Source: Bacillota bacterium
GTDB taxonomy: Bacteria; Bacillota; DTU025
Assembly: GCA_019136685.1 (NCBI GenBank)
Contig: JAGVTS010000199.1
Location: 1 to 63,118 of the forward strand
Reading direction: 5' to 3'
Length of the DNA: 63,118 nt
This document shows positions 10,158 to 20,856 of this stretch, piece after piece (position 1 is the first letter of the stretch; the number at the start of each line of letters is the position of its first letter). Made by a program: the position numbers and the translations under genes. The notes under the pieces are model-generated. The model did no database searches and was not told where the DNA came from. It worked only from the letters and a program-made list of their open reading frames with translations.

Positions 10158-11450
10158 CTAGTCTGCCTCTACCCTGATGACGCTGGCGATGGAATGCACT
10201 ACGTCCAGCGCCCGAATACCGCGCAGTGCGTCCTGCATGTGTCGTTCGCACGCCCTGTGGGTGACGAACACCACACTGACGGGGTCCTGGCCCCGTCCTT
10301 TCTGTATAAGCGACTCAATGCTCACCTGGGCGCGGCCGAACTCTGAGGCGATGGCCGCCATCACGCCAGGGCGGTCCACGACCAGCACTCGCACGTAGTA
10401 GCGGGATTCCATCTCGTCCATTGGTTTGACGCGCACATGGTTTGACCGGACCTCACGCGGCGGGCTTACCCTGCGGATGAGGTTATGAGCCGCGTCGATG
10501 CAGTCGGCCGCTACTGCGCTGCCTGTGGGCATCATTCCTGCGCCCATCCCATACAACATGAGATCGCCCACGGCGTCGCCTCGTATGAATACAGCGTTGA
10601 AGGCCCCGCCCACGCTGGCTAGGGGATGGCCATGCGGGATCATTGTAGGGTGCACCGCGAGTTCCACCGAGTCGCCGTCGCGCCTGGCTATTGCGAGCAG
10701 CTTGACCGCGTAGCCCAGCTCAGCGGCGTAGCACAGGTCCTCCAGCTTGATGCGGGAGATGCCCTCGCGGAACACGTCCTCGACCTGTATATCGTGGCCG
10801 AAGGCGATTGAGGCGAGCAGCGCCAGTTTGTAGGCGGCATCGTGGCCGTCCACATCGGAGGCGGGATCCTGTTCAGCGTAACCCAGCGCCTGCGCCATGC
10901 GCAGCACTTCCTCGAAGTCCGACCCCTCCTGGCTCATTCGGGTCAAGATGTAGTTGGTGGTGCCGTTGATTATGCCCATAATCGAGAGAACTCTGTTACC
11001 GGCCAAGGCCTCCTTGAAGACCTTGACCACCGGGATTCCACCGGCTACGGCGCCTTCATAGTACAGCCCGCCGCCATCGGTCACTGCGCTCCGCAGTTCG
11101 CGCCCGTGCCTCGCCAGCACCTCTTTGTTGGCTGTTATCACGTGCTTGCCGGCTCTGAGCGCGCTCAGCATGTAGTCGCGCGCAAGTGTAGTGTCTTGGC
11201 CCGGGCAGCCTATTGCTTCGACAATAATCGGTATGTCGGGGTCGCTTACCACGCCCTCAGCATCGGTGGTCAGAACTCCCCTGGGCACACTCACCCTTCG
11301 CTGCTTGTCGGGGTTATGCACGAGCACCCTGGCTATCTCCAGCCGGGCTCCGACCTTCGTTGCGATCTCGTCCGAATTATCATTCAGAATCTTCCAAACC
11401 CCGCTGCCGACATTCCCGAGCCCCAGCAGTCCGATCTTTACGACGTCCAC
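10158..11450 (-). CDS. hom: homoserine dehydrogenase with C-terminal ACT domain
   Basis: 430 aa. N-terminal IGLLGLGNVGSGV dinucleotide-binding motif, a catalytic core, and a C-terminal ACT-like regulatory domain. Confidence 0.9.
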   Translation of the reverse strand: MDVVKIGLLGLGNVGSGVWKILNDNSDEIATKVGARLEIARVLVHNPDKQRRVSVPRGVLTTDAEGVVSDPDIPIIVEAIGCPGQDTTLARDYMLSALRAGKHVITANKEVLARHGRELRSAVTDGGGLYYEGAVAGGIPVVKVFKEALAGNRVLSIMGIINGTTNYILTRMSQEGSDFEEVLRMAQALGYAEQDPASDVDGHDAAYKLALLASIAFGHDIQVEDVFREGISRIKLEDLCYAAELGYAVKLLAIARRDGDSVELAVHPTMIPHGHPLASVGGAFNAVFIRGDAVGDLMLYGMGAGMMPTGSAVAADCIDAAHNLIRRVSPPREVRSNHVRVKPMDEMESRYYVRVLVVDRPGVMAAIASEFGRAQVSIESLIQKGRGQDPVSVVFVTHRACERHMQDALRGIRALDVVHSIASVIRVEAD

Positions 11451-11603
11451 GGCGCCTCCTCCTTGACACGCGAGATTGCTTCCGAGATGAGCGATAACTC
11501 ATCCGGGACACGCGACATTTCTTACGATTATAGCGTGTAGCCGGGAAAAAAGATATACGGTCACAGCCGCGGACGGGTGGCAGCAGTTGCGGTTCCGGCG
11601 CTT

Positions 11604-11966
11604 CTAATTGGCCTGATACTTGGAGGGGCACTTCACGAGGATCTTTCGGGCTTCAAACACCCCATCGTGCAGATTCCCTACGACGACGACGCTTTCAGCC
11701 TCATCGAAGTTGCCCGGAGGCGCGCCGGCAAACTGCACCGGCATGGTCTGGCCCGAGCGGTCGGTGAGATCGAACAGGAACATTCCGCTTTCGGCGTCCA
11801 TCCGGGCCGTATCCTTGTCAGCCGCCCCGGACACTTGCACACTCCCCCCGCGCTGCGCAGCTTCGGCAAAAGTCACATACGGGGTGAGAGCGCTTCGGAA
11901 CGCCCCTGCCGCGAACACGGCGAAAGCCGCGATTATGAGGATAATGAGGACTAGCCTCTTCTTCAC
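11604..11966 (-). CDS. ccmE: cytochrome c maturation heme chaperone CcmE, CXXXY variant
   Basis: ORF track 11604..12035. GTG 11966 overlaps the stop of the upstream small ORF. The product has an N-terminal TM anchor, an OB-fold-like body, and a C-terminal LVKCPSKY where E. coli CcmE has LAKHDENY. Confidence 0.8.
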   Translation of the reverse strand: MKKRLVLIILIIAAFAVFAAGAFRSALTPYVTFAEAAQRGGSVQVSGAADKDTARMDAESGMFLFDLTDRSGQTMPVQFAGAPPGNFDEAESVVVVGNLHDGVFEARKILVKCPSKYQAN

Positions 11967-12094
11967 TACTTGCGTCCCTCCAGCTTTTTCAGGGCAGTGT
12001 CGATCTTCACTAAGTATCCAAAGAGCGCTATCCACGTCACCACAGCCACTGATGCAGCGGTGAAGAGTGCAGACGTCTCAGTCATGTGAGCCAT
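11966..12094 (-). CDS. ccmD: small single-TM protein, CcmD-like (heme exporter accessory)
   Basis: 42 codons (MAHMTETSALFTAASVAVVTWIALFGYLVKIDTALKKLEGRK). This is the C-terminal part of track ORF 11966..12478. It sits exactly between ccmC and ccmE. Called from position and size only. Confidence 0.45.
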   Translation of the reverse strand: MAHMTETSALFTAASVAVVTWIALFGYLVKIDTALKKLEGRK

Positions 12095-12099
12095 ACCAG

Positions 12100-12792
12100 T
12101 CAACCCTCCTGACGATTGGCAAGTGCCGTGATAAAGCGCCATGTGCGCAGGCGCAGGCTGAAAACCCACCCGTAAAGCCCCGTAAACCCTATAAGCGATG
12201 ATATGAACACCGTCATCATTCGCCTGTCCATGTCGAGCCCGCCGCCTGTTGCCAGGATCGGCCCGTCCGGATGGAGTGATTGCACAGCCGGTATCCTCGG
12301 CGCCACGAACACCAGAAGCGGTACTGTTATGAATGCCAGAACACCGTAGACTGCCGCGAGCGAACCGCGCCGCGCAGGATCGTCCACTGACGAGCGAAGA
12401 GCGAAATACGCGCCATATATCAAGAGCAGTACAAAGATGGATGTTTCGCGCGGGTCCCAGTTCCAGTAAGATCCCCACGTCGCCTTGGCGAATATCGAAC
12501 CGCTCACAGTGGCGATCACGCAGAAGAGCAGGCCCAGTTCGGCGCTGAACGAAGCGGCGGCGTCATCCTGCGTTCTGCGATTCCCGAGGTACCTCACGCT
12601 ATAGGCTGTGCACACAGCGAACGCCAATACACTCACCCATGCCGCCGGGATGTGAAAGTATATTATCCTCGACATCTGCCCGAGGTTCTGTGCGGCAGGG
12701 GCGTAGAAGAAGGCCGCGACGATGACAACCGTCATCCATACGCCCAGAAGCCACTTAAGCGCCGCGAATAGCCGGGACATCCGTGCACACAT
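12100..12792 (-). CDS. ccmC: heme exporter protein CcmC
   Basis: 230 aa, polytopic. Carries the WWD-type motif WGSYWNWDPRE. Confidence 0.85.
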   Translation of the reverse strand: MCARMSRLFAALKWLLGVWMTVVIVAAFFYAPAAQNLGQMSRIIYFHIPAAWVSVLAFAVCTAYSVRYLGNRRTQDDAAASFSAELGLLFCVIATVSGSIFAKATWGSYWNWDPRETSIFVLLLIYGAYFALRSSVDDPARRGSLAAVYGVLAFITVPLLVFVAPRIPAVQSLHPDGPILATGGGLDMDRRMMTVFISSLIGFTGLYGWVFSLRLRTWRFITALANRQEG

Positions 12793-12803
12793 CCGACCAC
12801 CCC

Positions 12804-13517
12804 CTAATCATCCCAAACGAAGTCGAAGAGCAGCAATGATGAGGCTATCATCAAGACGGTGTAGGCCGCAAGAGACCGCAGATCGCCTGCAGCGCCGGCA
12901 GGCCCCGCCACGCCCGCTACCAGCCCTAAACCGGATCCAGCTTCGCCCCGAAGCGCCGCCGTAGTGGCCCGAATGGCAGACGAAAGCCCAGGCAGAGTCA
13001 CGGGGAACGCCAGGACCGCGAAGATCGCGCCTTTTGCATTGGCGCGCGATACGATGGCCGCGATTATCGTAGATGAGGAGGCCAGCGCCAGAGTCCCCAG
13101 AATCGTAGCCCAGGCCAAGAGGCCCGGATGCGTGGGCGCGATGTCCATCAGAACCAGAAAGAGCGGGACAACCACGGCCGCCACCGCGGCCTGCAGCGCG
13201 ATGTTGAACAGCAGCTTGCCCATGTAGACTGCTTCAGGTGCGGTTGTGAGCCGAAGAGACATCGCTGTGCGGGATTCCTCCTCTCGCACAAACGACCTCG
13301 ACAACCCCGTCATGGCAGAGAAGAACAGGACGATCCAGAGGAAGGCAGCCTGCACGTCGGCGTCGAGCGAATAAGGGCTGACAGAAAAACTCACCACAGC
13401 CAGGGCTGTGACTGCAAAGAGCAAGACGGCGGAAAATGCGTATCTGGTACGGTACTCAGACCGAATATCTTTGGCCAGCACAGCGAGGGCTTCACGCGCC
13501 CAGTTGGATGATGACAT
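12804..13517 (-). CDS. ccmB: heme exporter permease CcmB
   Basis: 237 aa, six predicted TM segments. Lies between ccmA and ccmC. Confidence 0.8.
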   Translation of the reverse strand: MSSSNWAREALAVLAKDIRSEYRTRYAFSAVLLFAVTALAVVSFSVSPYSLDADVQAAFLWIVLFFSAMTGLSRSFVREEESRTAMSLRLTTAPEAVYMGKLLFNIALQAAVAAVVVPLFLVLMDIAPTHPGLLAWATILGTLALASSSTIIAAIVSRANAKGAIFAVLAFPVTLPGLSSAIRATTAALRGEAGSGLGLVAGVAGPAGAAGDLRSLAAYTVLMIASSLLLFDFVWDD

Positions 13518-14148
13518 CGCCTAGGCGCACCTCCTCCGGCTCGTTGGTGGCTATTACCACGCACTTGCATAGCCTAGCCTGCGCTATGGTATCGTAGACG
13601 AGGGCGATTCCCCGCTCGTCCAGATTCGCCGTGGGTTCGTCCAGGAGCAGTAGCGGCGGGTTGTGCATCAGGGCGAATGCGAACTTGAGGCGCTGCTTCA
13701 TGCCTGACGAGTAGGCGCCCACCAGATCGCCGCTTCTTCCGCGCAGCCCGAACCGGTCGAGGAGCGACTTGACGAATTCGGGCGTCGCGCTCAGGCCGCG
13801 CACCTGCGCGAAGAAGCGCAGATTCTCAATAGCCGACAGCTCGTCGTAGAAAGTCAGGTCAGGTGAGACCATGCCGATCGCCCTTCTTACATCGGCCGCC
13901 GTCAGCGCCCGCCCATCGAGTTTCCACAGTACTCTGCCGTTAGTGGGCCTTATGAGCCTGGCGACGATCTTGATTAGCGTCGACTTGCCTGATCCATTGG
14001 GGCCGGCTATCACCAGCACCTGCCCGGCGCCTGCGCGCGCAGTGACGTCACGTAGCACTCGCCGCGCCCCGTACGACTTGGACACCGAGTCGACTATCAG
14101 TTCGAATCCGCCCTGCCCCGTCAACGGATCCAACATGCAAACCCCCAT
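13492..14148 (-). CDS. ccmA: heme exporter ATP-binding protein CcmA
   Basis: Walker A GPNGSGKST, signature SSGMKQRL, Walker B LLLLDEP. The start could be the internal ATG at 14136. Confidence 0.85.
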   Translation of the reverse strand: MGVCMLDPLTGQGGFELIVDSVSKSYGARRVLRDVTARAGAGQVLVIAGPNGSGKSTLIKIVARLIRPTNGRVLWKLDGRALTAADVRRAIGMVSPDLTFYDELSAIENLRFFAQVRGLSATPEFVKSLLDRFGLRGRSGDLVGAYSSGMKQRLKFAFALMHNPPLLLLDEPTANLDERGIALVYDTIAQARLCKCVVIATNEPEEVRLGDVIIQLGA

Positions 14149-14289
14149 GTCGCAGTGTTTTAGCGAGTGCCGACGAGCTAATTATAACTGTAGGGCGATT
14201 ATGTGTAAACCGGAGCAAGCAGCGCCGCGAAGGAGGATTCTTGTGGCGTCCCGAGGAATAATGCAGGTCGAAGGTGAAGTGGGGGTCGA

Positions 14290-16005
14290 ATGATGCACAA
14301 CCTTATGGAGCACATACGTGGAGGCATATCTCATTCCATTGAGCAAGCGATACGGACGCTCGCGACCGCGGGCGAATTGCCTGGTGACGTAGTAGATGTA
14401 CTGAGCGGCGCCGAAGTGCCGCTGGAGGTGCCCAAAGACCCAAGACACGGGGAGTTTGCGTCCCCGATTGCCCTAGCTATTGCGAAGCGCGCCGGCAAGC
14501 CGCCCCGCGAAGTGGCTTCGCTCATAGCACGCGAACTGATGGCTTCGGCCGAACGCAGGTACGTCGAGGCCGCCGAGATCGCGGGGCCGGGGTTCATCAA
14601 TTTCCGCCTTTCAAAGCAGTGGGTGGCTGACAGTGTGGCGCTTATTCGTTCAAGGGGCTCTGAATACGGTCGTTGCGATTTCGGCCGTGGGGAGCGCGTT
14701 ATGGTGGAGTTCGTGAGCGCGAATCCCGTGGGACCGCTGAACGTGGTGAACGCACGTGCCGCTGCGGTTGGCGATACGTTAGTAAGGCTGCTCAAGGCGG
14801 CCGGCTACGATGCTGCAAGCGAATTCTATGTGAATGATGCCGGCCGGCAAGTTGAGGTGCTGGCCGAATCGGTATATGCTCGCTACATGGAACTCAAAGG
14901 CGATGACTACGCGTTCCCAGAGGACGGCTATCGCGGCGAGTATGTGCGGGACATTGCGGCAGGCGCCATGGAGGATCCGAGGATTGCCGACCGGCTGTCG
15001 GCGATGAACGCCGGCGAGGCCAGGAGCTTCTTCCGCGAGTACGCGCTCGGCCACATACTGGACTGGCAGAAGCGTTCGCTTGCCGAGTACCAGGTCCACT
15101 TCGACAAGTGGTTCTCAGAGCGCGAACTCCGCGCAACCGGCGCCGTGGAGACTATGATCGGCGAGATGGAGGCGGCCGGCCACACATACAGGGAAGACGG
15201 CGCATTGTGGTTCCGCTCTTCAGACTTCGGCGATGACAAGGACAGAGTCCTCGTCAAAAGCGACGGGCTTTACACCTATGTCGCGCCCGACCTCGCCTAC
15301 CACAAGAACAAGCTGTCGCGCGGGTTCACCAAGCTAGTCGACATCCTGGGGCCGGATCATCACGGCTACGAAGGCCGGATGCAGGCCGGACTGAAATCCT
15401 TCGGCTACCCCGACGGTACCCTCGAAGTGCTCCTGTTGCAGCTGGTCACATTAATGCGCGAAGGTCAGCCTGTCAAGATGTCCAAACGGGCCGGGGAGTT
15501 CATAACAATGGACGACTTGCTGGAGGAGGTACCCAGGGATGCCGCCCGATACTTCTTCGTTATGCGAAACACCTCATCCCACCTGGATTTCGATCTCGAC
15601 CTGGCACGCGCTCAGAGCATGGATAACCCAGTGTGGTATATCCAGTACGCCTATGCACGCTGCTGTAGCATCTTCAGGCAGGCTGAGGCAGCGGGGATCT
15701 CCAGCGATGACTGGGCCTCTGCCGATCTCACGCTTCTGGCGGAACCCAGCGAGCTGGACCTAGTGCGCAAGATGGCTGCCTTCCCGGATGAAGTGCTTTC
15801 CGCTGCGCTCGAGCGAGCGCCGTCCAGGATAGCCAAGTACGGGCTGGACCTGGCAAGCGTCTTCCACAGTTTCTATAGTGAATGTCGCGTGATTGGCGAT
15901 GACGTCGCGCTAACCATGGCCCGGCTGGCACTGGTGGACGCGGCGAAGACTGTGGTTGCCAATGCTCTGAACGTCATGGGCATCGAAGCTCCGGAAAGGA
16001 TGTAG
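14290..16005 (+). CDS. argS: arginine--tRNA ligase
   Basis: 571 aa. Class I motifs: SANPVGPLNVVNAR (HIGH region) and a KMSKR-like MSKRAG. DALR anticodon-binding C-terminus. Confidence 0.95.
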   Translation: MMHNLMEHIRGGISHSIEQAIRTLATAGELPGDVVDVLSGAEVPLEVPKDPRHGEFASPIALAIAKRAGKPPREVASLIARELMASAERRYVEAAEIAGPGFINFRLSKQWVADSVALIRSRGSEYGRCDFGRGERVMVEFVSANPVGPLNVVNARAAAVGDTLVRLLKAAGYDAASEFYVNDAGRQVEVLAESVYARYMELKGDDYAFPEDGYRGEYVRDIAAGAMEDPRIADRLSAMNAGEARSFFREYALGHILDWQKRSLAEYQVHFDKWFSERELRATGAVETMIGEMEAAGHTYREDGALWFRSSDFGDDKDRVLVKSDGLYTYVAPDLAYHKNKLSRGFTKLVDILGPDHHGYEGRMQAGLKSFGYPDGTLEVLLLQLVTLMREGQPVKMSKRAGEFITMDDLLEEVPRDAARYFFVMRNTSSHLDFDLDLARAQSMDNPVWYIQYAYARCCSIFRQAEAAGISSDDWASADLTLLAEPSELDLVRKMAAFPDEVLSAALERAPSRIAKYGLDLASVFHSFYSECRVIGDDVALTMARLALVDAAKTVVANALNVMGIEAPERM

Positions 16006-16010
16006 CCGTA

Positions 16011-17447
16011 GTGGAGAGGTACACGCCGGCCCAGGCCCTGGCTGCGTTCGGCAGGAGCGCGGCGATTGCCTACGAGCGCATGGGCATGGTTGTGATCACG
16101 AGTGTCGCATGGTACTTCGCGACGTTGGCGTCGGTTACAGCCGCAGGCGTCACCATATGGGCACTGCCGCTGGCTGTCGTGCTTGTGGCGCCTCTCGGCG
16201 TTGCCGTCACGTACTTCGGCAATCTGGCCGTGCACCGCGAGGACGCGGGCCTACACGAACTGTGGCGCGGCTACACCAAGTTCTGGGCCAGAGCGATGGC
16301 GCTGGGTGCGGTCAACCTCGCGGTCGTGCTCATCCTGTGGGTCGATATCCGGGCGATCATGGCTGCCCGGGCCACGTGGATACGGATGCTGGCCGGGGCC
16401 TGGATTTACCTCGGCCTGTTCGCGGGTCTCCTGTTCATGTATGCGTATCCGGTAATGGTGGAGCAGGATACAAGCCCGTGGAAAGCCATTAGGCGATCAG
16501 TCATTCTGATACTGGACAATCCGGCATACACCCTGACAATCGGGCTCTTGGAGGCGATTCTGCTTGCAGTGGGCGTACTTCCGACTGTGCTTCTGCTCTC
16601 AGGGAGCAAAGCCGCCGGGTACCTTCAGTTTGTCGGGGTTGGGGCGTATGCGGGGTTCAATGCGGTCTTTCGCAATCTGGCCACTGTACGAGTGCTGCAG
16701 CGCTACAACGCCGCGCGGGAGAGCGATCGCGAGAGACTGCAAAAACAACTGGAGGCGGAGAAGATGGCAGGAGGTATTCCCAGAAGCGAAGGCAAGCCAG
16801 TCGAGATAACATGGCTCGGGCATGCCTGTTTCCTGATAGCCGCCGGCGACGGCACGAGGATACTCACCGATCCGTTTGACGATACCGTGGGTTACGATCT
16901 CCCGGCCGTCCCGGCCGATATCGTGACTGTGAGCCACGGCCACTTCGACCACAGCAACGTTGGAGTAGTTCAGGGCTCACCAGAGATCCTGAATTCGCCT
17001 GGCGGCAGATCCTTCGGCGGTGTCCGCATCCGGGGAGTACAGACATACCACGACACGAAAGGCGGCGCCCTTCGCGGGCACAACATCGTATTCATCATCG
17101 AGACGGATGACATCACCATCTGCCACGCTGGCGACCTCGGCCACGTACCGTCGGACAGTACCGTGCAGAGCATCGGCAGGGTCGACGTGCTGCTGATCCC
17201 GGTAGGCGGTACATACACGCTGGACGCCAAGGGCGCCCGGGAGGCCGTGCGCAAGCTCGATCCAAGGATCGTCATACCCATGCACTACAAAACTCCGGAC
17301 CTCAGACTGACTGAGCTGGAAAGCCCAGAGCGATTCCTCGCAGGCCTGTCTCGCGTCGAGCGTACCCCAGGGTCGAGCTACACGGTGCAGGCCTCGAGCC
17401 TGCCGCGGGACTTGACCGCAGTCGTCCTGGGCTACCGAAGGAAATGA
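16011..17447 (+). CDS. fusion protein: N-terminal polytopic membrane domain + C-terminal UPF0173-type metallo-beta-lactamase-fold hydrolase
   Basis: 478 aa. Residues about 1-230 form several TM helices. The C-terminal part starts ITWLGHACFLIAAGDGTRILTDPF...VSHGHFDHSN, matching the MBL HxHxDH-type motif of YtkL-like hydrolases. Confidence 0.8.
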   Translation: MERYTPAQALAAFGRSAAIAYERMGMVVITSVAWYFATLASVTAAGVTIWALPLAVVLVAPLGVAVTYFGNLAVHREDAGLHELWRGYTKFWARAMALGAVNLAVVLILWVDIRAIMAARATWIRMLAGAWIYLGLFAGLLFMYAYPVMVEQDTSPWKAIRRSVILILDNPAYTLTIGLLEAILLAVGVLPTVLLLSGSKAAGYLQFVGVGAYAGFNAVFRNLATVRVLQRYNAARESDRERLQKQLEAEKMAGGIPRSEGKPVEITWLGHACFLIAAGDGTRILTDPFDDTVGYDLPAVPADIVTVSHGHFDHSNVGVVQGSPEILNSPGGRSFGGVRIRGVQTYHDTKGGALRGHNIVFIIETDDITICHAGDLGHVPSDSTVQSIGRVDVLLIPVGGTYTLDAKGAREAVRKLDPRIVIPMHYKTPDLRLTELESPERFLAGLSRVERTPGSSYTVQASSLPRDLTAVVLGYRRK

Positions 17448-17487
17448 GACTGGCCGCGGGGATGCGGCCGCGCGGCCGCGGGTGCGG

Positions 17488-19169
<1,682 letters not shown>

Positions 19170-19487
19170 TAGCCGCCCTGTGCTGGGGATATGAAATCCG
19201 TTCCGCTGGGCACAATTGATTGTGGAATATGCCCCGGAGGATTTTAGCGTAACGCGGAGAATACGGTTTGTAAGCATGCCAGGCTGAGTGCATGGTTGCA
19301 CGATTTCCTCAAGCAAGCCTCATCGGTTGAGCCATAAGCGTACCATTCGTATAGCTCCACAGGAGTTCCCTATTGTGTACGGCCGAGAGATTGCCCTTCG
19401 TGGGCGGTCCAGCCGCCCGGGATACGCTGCCTGCCCACTGATTTGTATTCTTTTGCTCATATACCCTGAAAGGAAGATGCGCTACAG

Positions 19488-20771
19488 ATGAATATTGCGG
19501 AACTAGAGAAGAAGACCGTGTCCGAGTTGCATGACATCGCAAAGGACTTGGGCATACCCGCTCACTCGCAATTACGCAAGCAGGAGCTAACATTCGAGAT
19601 CGTCAAGGCGGCGTCTCAGAAAGAGGGAAACCTGTGGGCCGACGGGATTCTTGAAATCCTCCCCGAGGGTTTCGGGTTCCTGCGGGTGGGAGGGTTGACT
19701 CCGAGTTCAGATGACATCTACATCTCTCCCTCACAGATACGCAGGTTCGTGCTGCGTAAGGGAGACATGGTCTCGGGGCAGGTGAGGCCGCCCAAGGAGG
19801 GCGAAAAGTACTTCGCACTGCTTCGTGTGGAGGCTGTCAATGGTCTTGACCCTGAGCTCGCCGCGCGCCGTTCCCACTTTGAGGACCTGATCCCCGTGTA
19901 CCCCGATGAACGCCTGCGCTTGGAGCATGATTCCAAGGACGTTACCACACGGTTGATCGACTTGATGGCCCCCATCGGCAAAGGGCAGAGGGGTCTGATT
20001 GTGTCGGCGCCCAAGGCGGGCAAGACGACGATTCTGAAGAGGGTCGCCAATGCCCTGACCACCAACCATCCGGAGCTCACCCTGCTCGTGCTGCTAGTTG
20101 ACGAGAGGCCCGAAGAGGTCACCGACATGGAACGTTCAGTAGACGGCCTGGTTGTGGCGTCTACGTTTGACCAACCGTCTTCGAACCACGTGCGAGTAGC
20201 CGACATGGTGCTGGAGCGCGCCAAACGCCTCGTCGAGCACGGCAAGGACGTATTGGTCCTGCTGGACTCAATCACGAGGCTGGCACGGGCGTACAACCTC
20301 GAAGAACCTCCCTCCGGGCGGACGCTGTCCGGCGGCGTGGACCCGGCGGCCTTGCACAACCCCAAACGCTTCTTCGGGGCGGCGCGTAACATAGAGGAAG
20401 GGGGCAGCCTCACCATCCTGGCCACCGCCCTTGTGGATACCGGTAGCCGCATGGATGAGGTGATCTTCGAGGAGTTCAAGGGTACGGGCAACATGGAACT
20501 GCACCTTGATCGCAAGCTTTCGGAACGCCGCATATTCCCGTCTATAGACGTAAATAAGTCCGGCACTCGCAAGGAAGAGCTGCTCCTCACCCCGGAGGAG
20601 CTGGAGACTACGTGGGTGCTACGCAAGGCCATGGGCAACATGGGCTCGGCCGAGATGACCCAGCTGCTGATAGATCGAATTCAGCACACTAAGTCCAACG
20701 GCGACCTCATGAGCCTAATACTCAAGTCTCAGTTTGCCGAGAATCTTCGGAGCTGGCAGAACTCGAACTGA
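19488..20771 (+). CDS. rho: transcription termination factor Rho
   Basis: 427 aa. N-terminal Rho_N ([23 protein letters not shown]), a cold-shock-like RNA-binding domain, and Walker A PKAGKTT. Confidence 0.97.
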   Translation: MNIAELEKKTVSELHDIAKDLGIPAHSQLRKQELTFEIVKAASQKEGNLWADGILEILPEGFGFLRVGGLTPSSDDIYISPSQIRRFVLRKGDMVSGQVRPPKEGEKYFALLRVEAVNGLDPELAARRSHFEDLIPVYPDERLRLEHDSKDVTTRLIDLMAPIGKGQRGLIVSAPKAGKTTILKRVANALTTNHPELTLLVLLVDERPEEVTDMERSVDGLVVASTFDQPSSNHVRVADMVLERAKRLVEHGKDVLVLLDSITRLARAYNLEEPPSGRTLSGGVDPAALHNPKRFFGAARNIEEGGSLTILATALVDTGSRMDEVIFEEFKGTGNMELHLDRKLSERRIFPSIDVNKSGTRKEELLLTPEELETTWVLRKAMGNMGSAEMTQLLIDRIQHTKSNGDLMSLILKSQFAENLRSWQNSN

Positions 20772-20856
20772 GTGACCGTACGCGATCATGGTGGTATACT
20801 GTAGTAGATGCCAGGCTGACCCCGGGCTGGCGCCTTTGGCGGATGGGGGGAGATAG

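Noticed and set aside
11380-11631. Short ORFs in the hom-ccmE and other intergenic spacers
   Set aside because: They are Arg-rich, have no RBS and no conserved motifs. They are consistent with random ORFs in GC-rich spacers.
17452-17482. GC palindromes with two GCGGCCGC and two GGCCGCGGG copies after the membrane/MBL gene, considered as a repeat element
   Set aside because: The self-complementary CCGCGG and GCGGCCGC cores in GC-rich DNA are explained most simply as a terminator-like hairpin. No further copies occur in the window.
19718-20641. 307-aa minus-strand ORF
   Set aside because: It is entirely antisense to rho, which is unambiguous. The product is Ser/Arg-rich with no domain, so it is a high-GC artefact.
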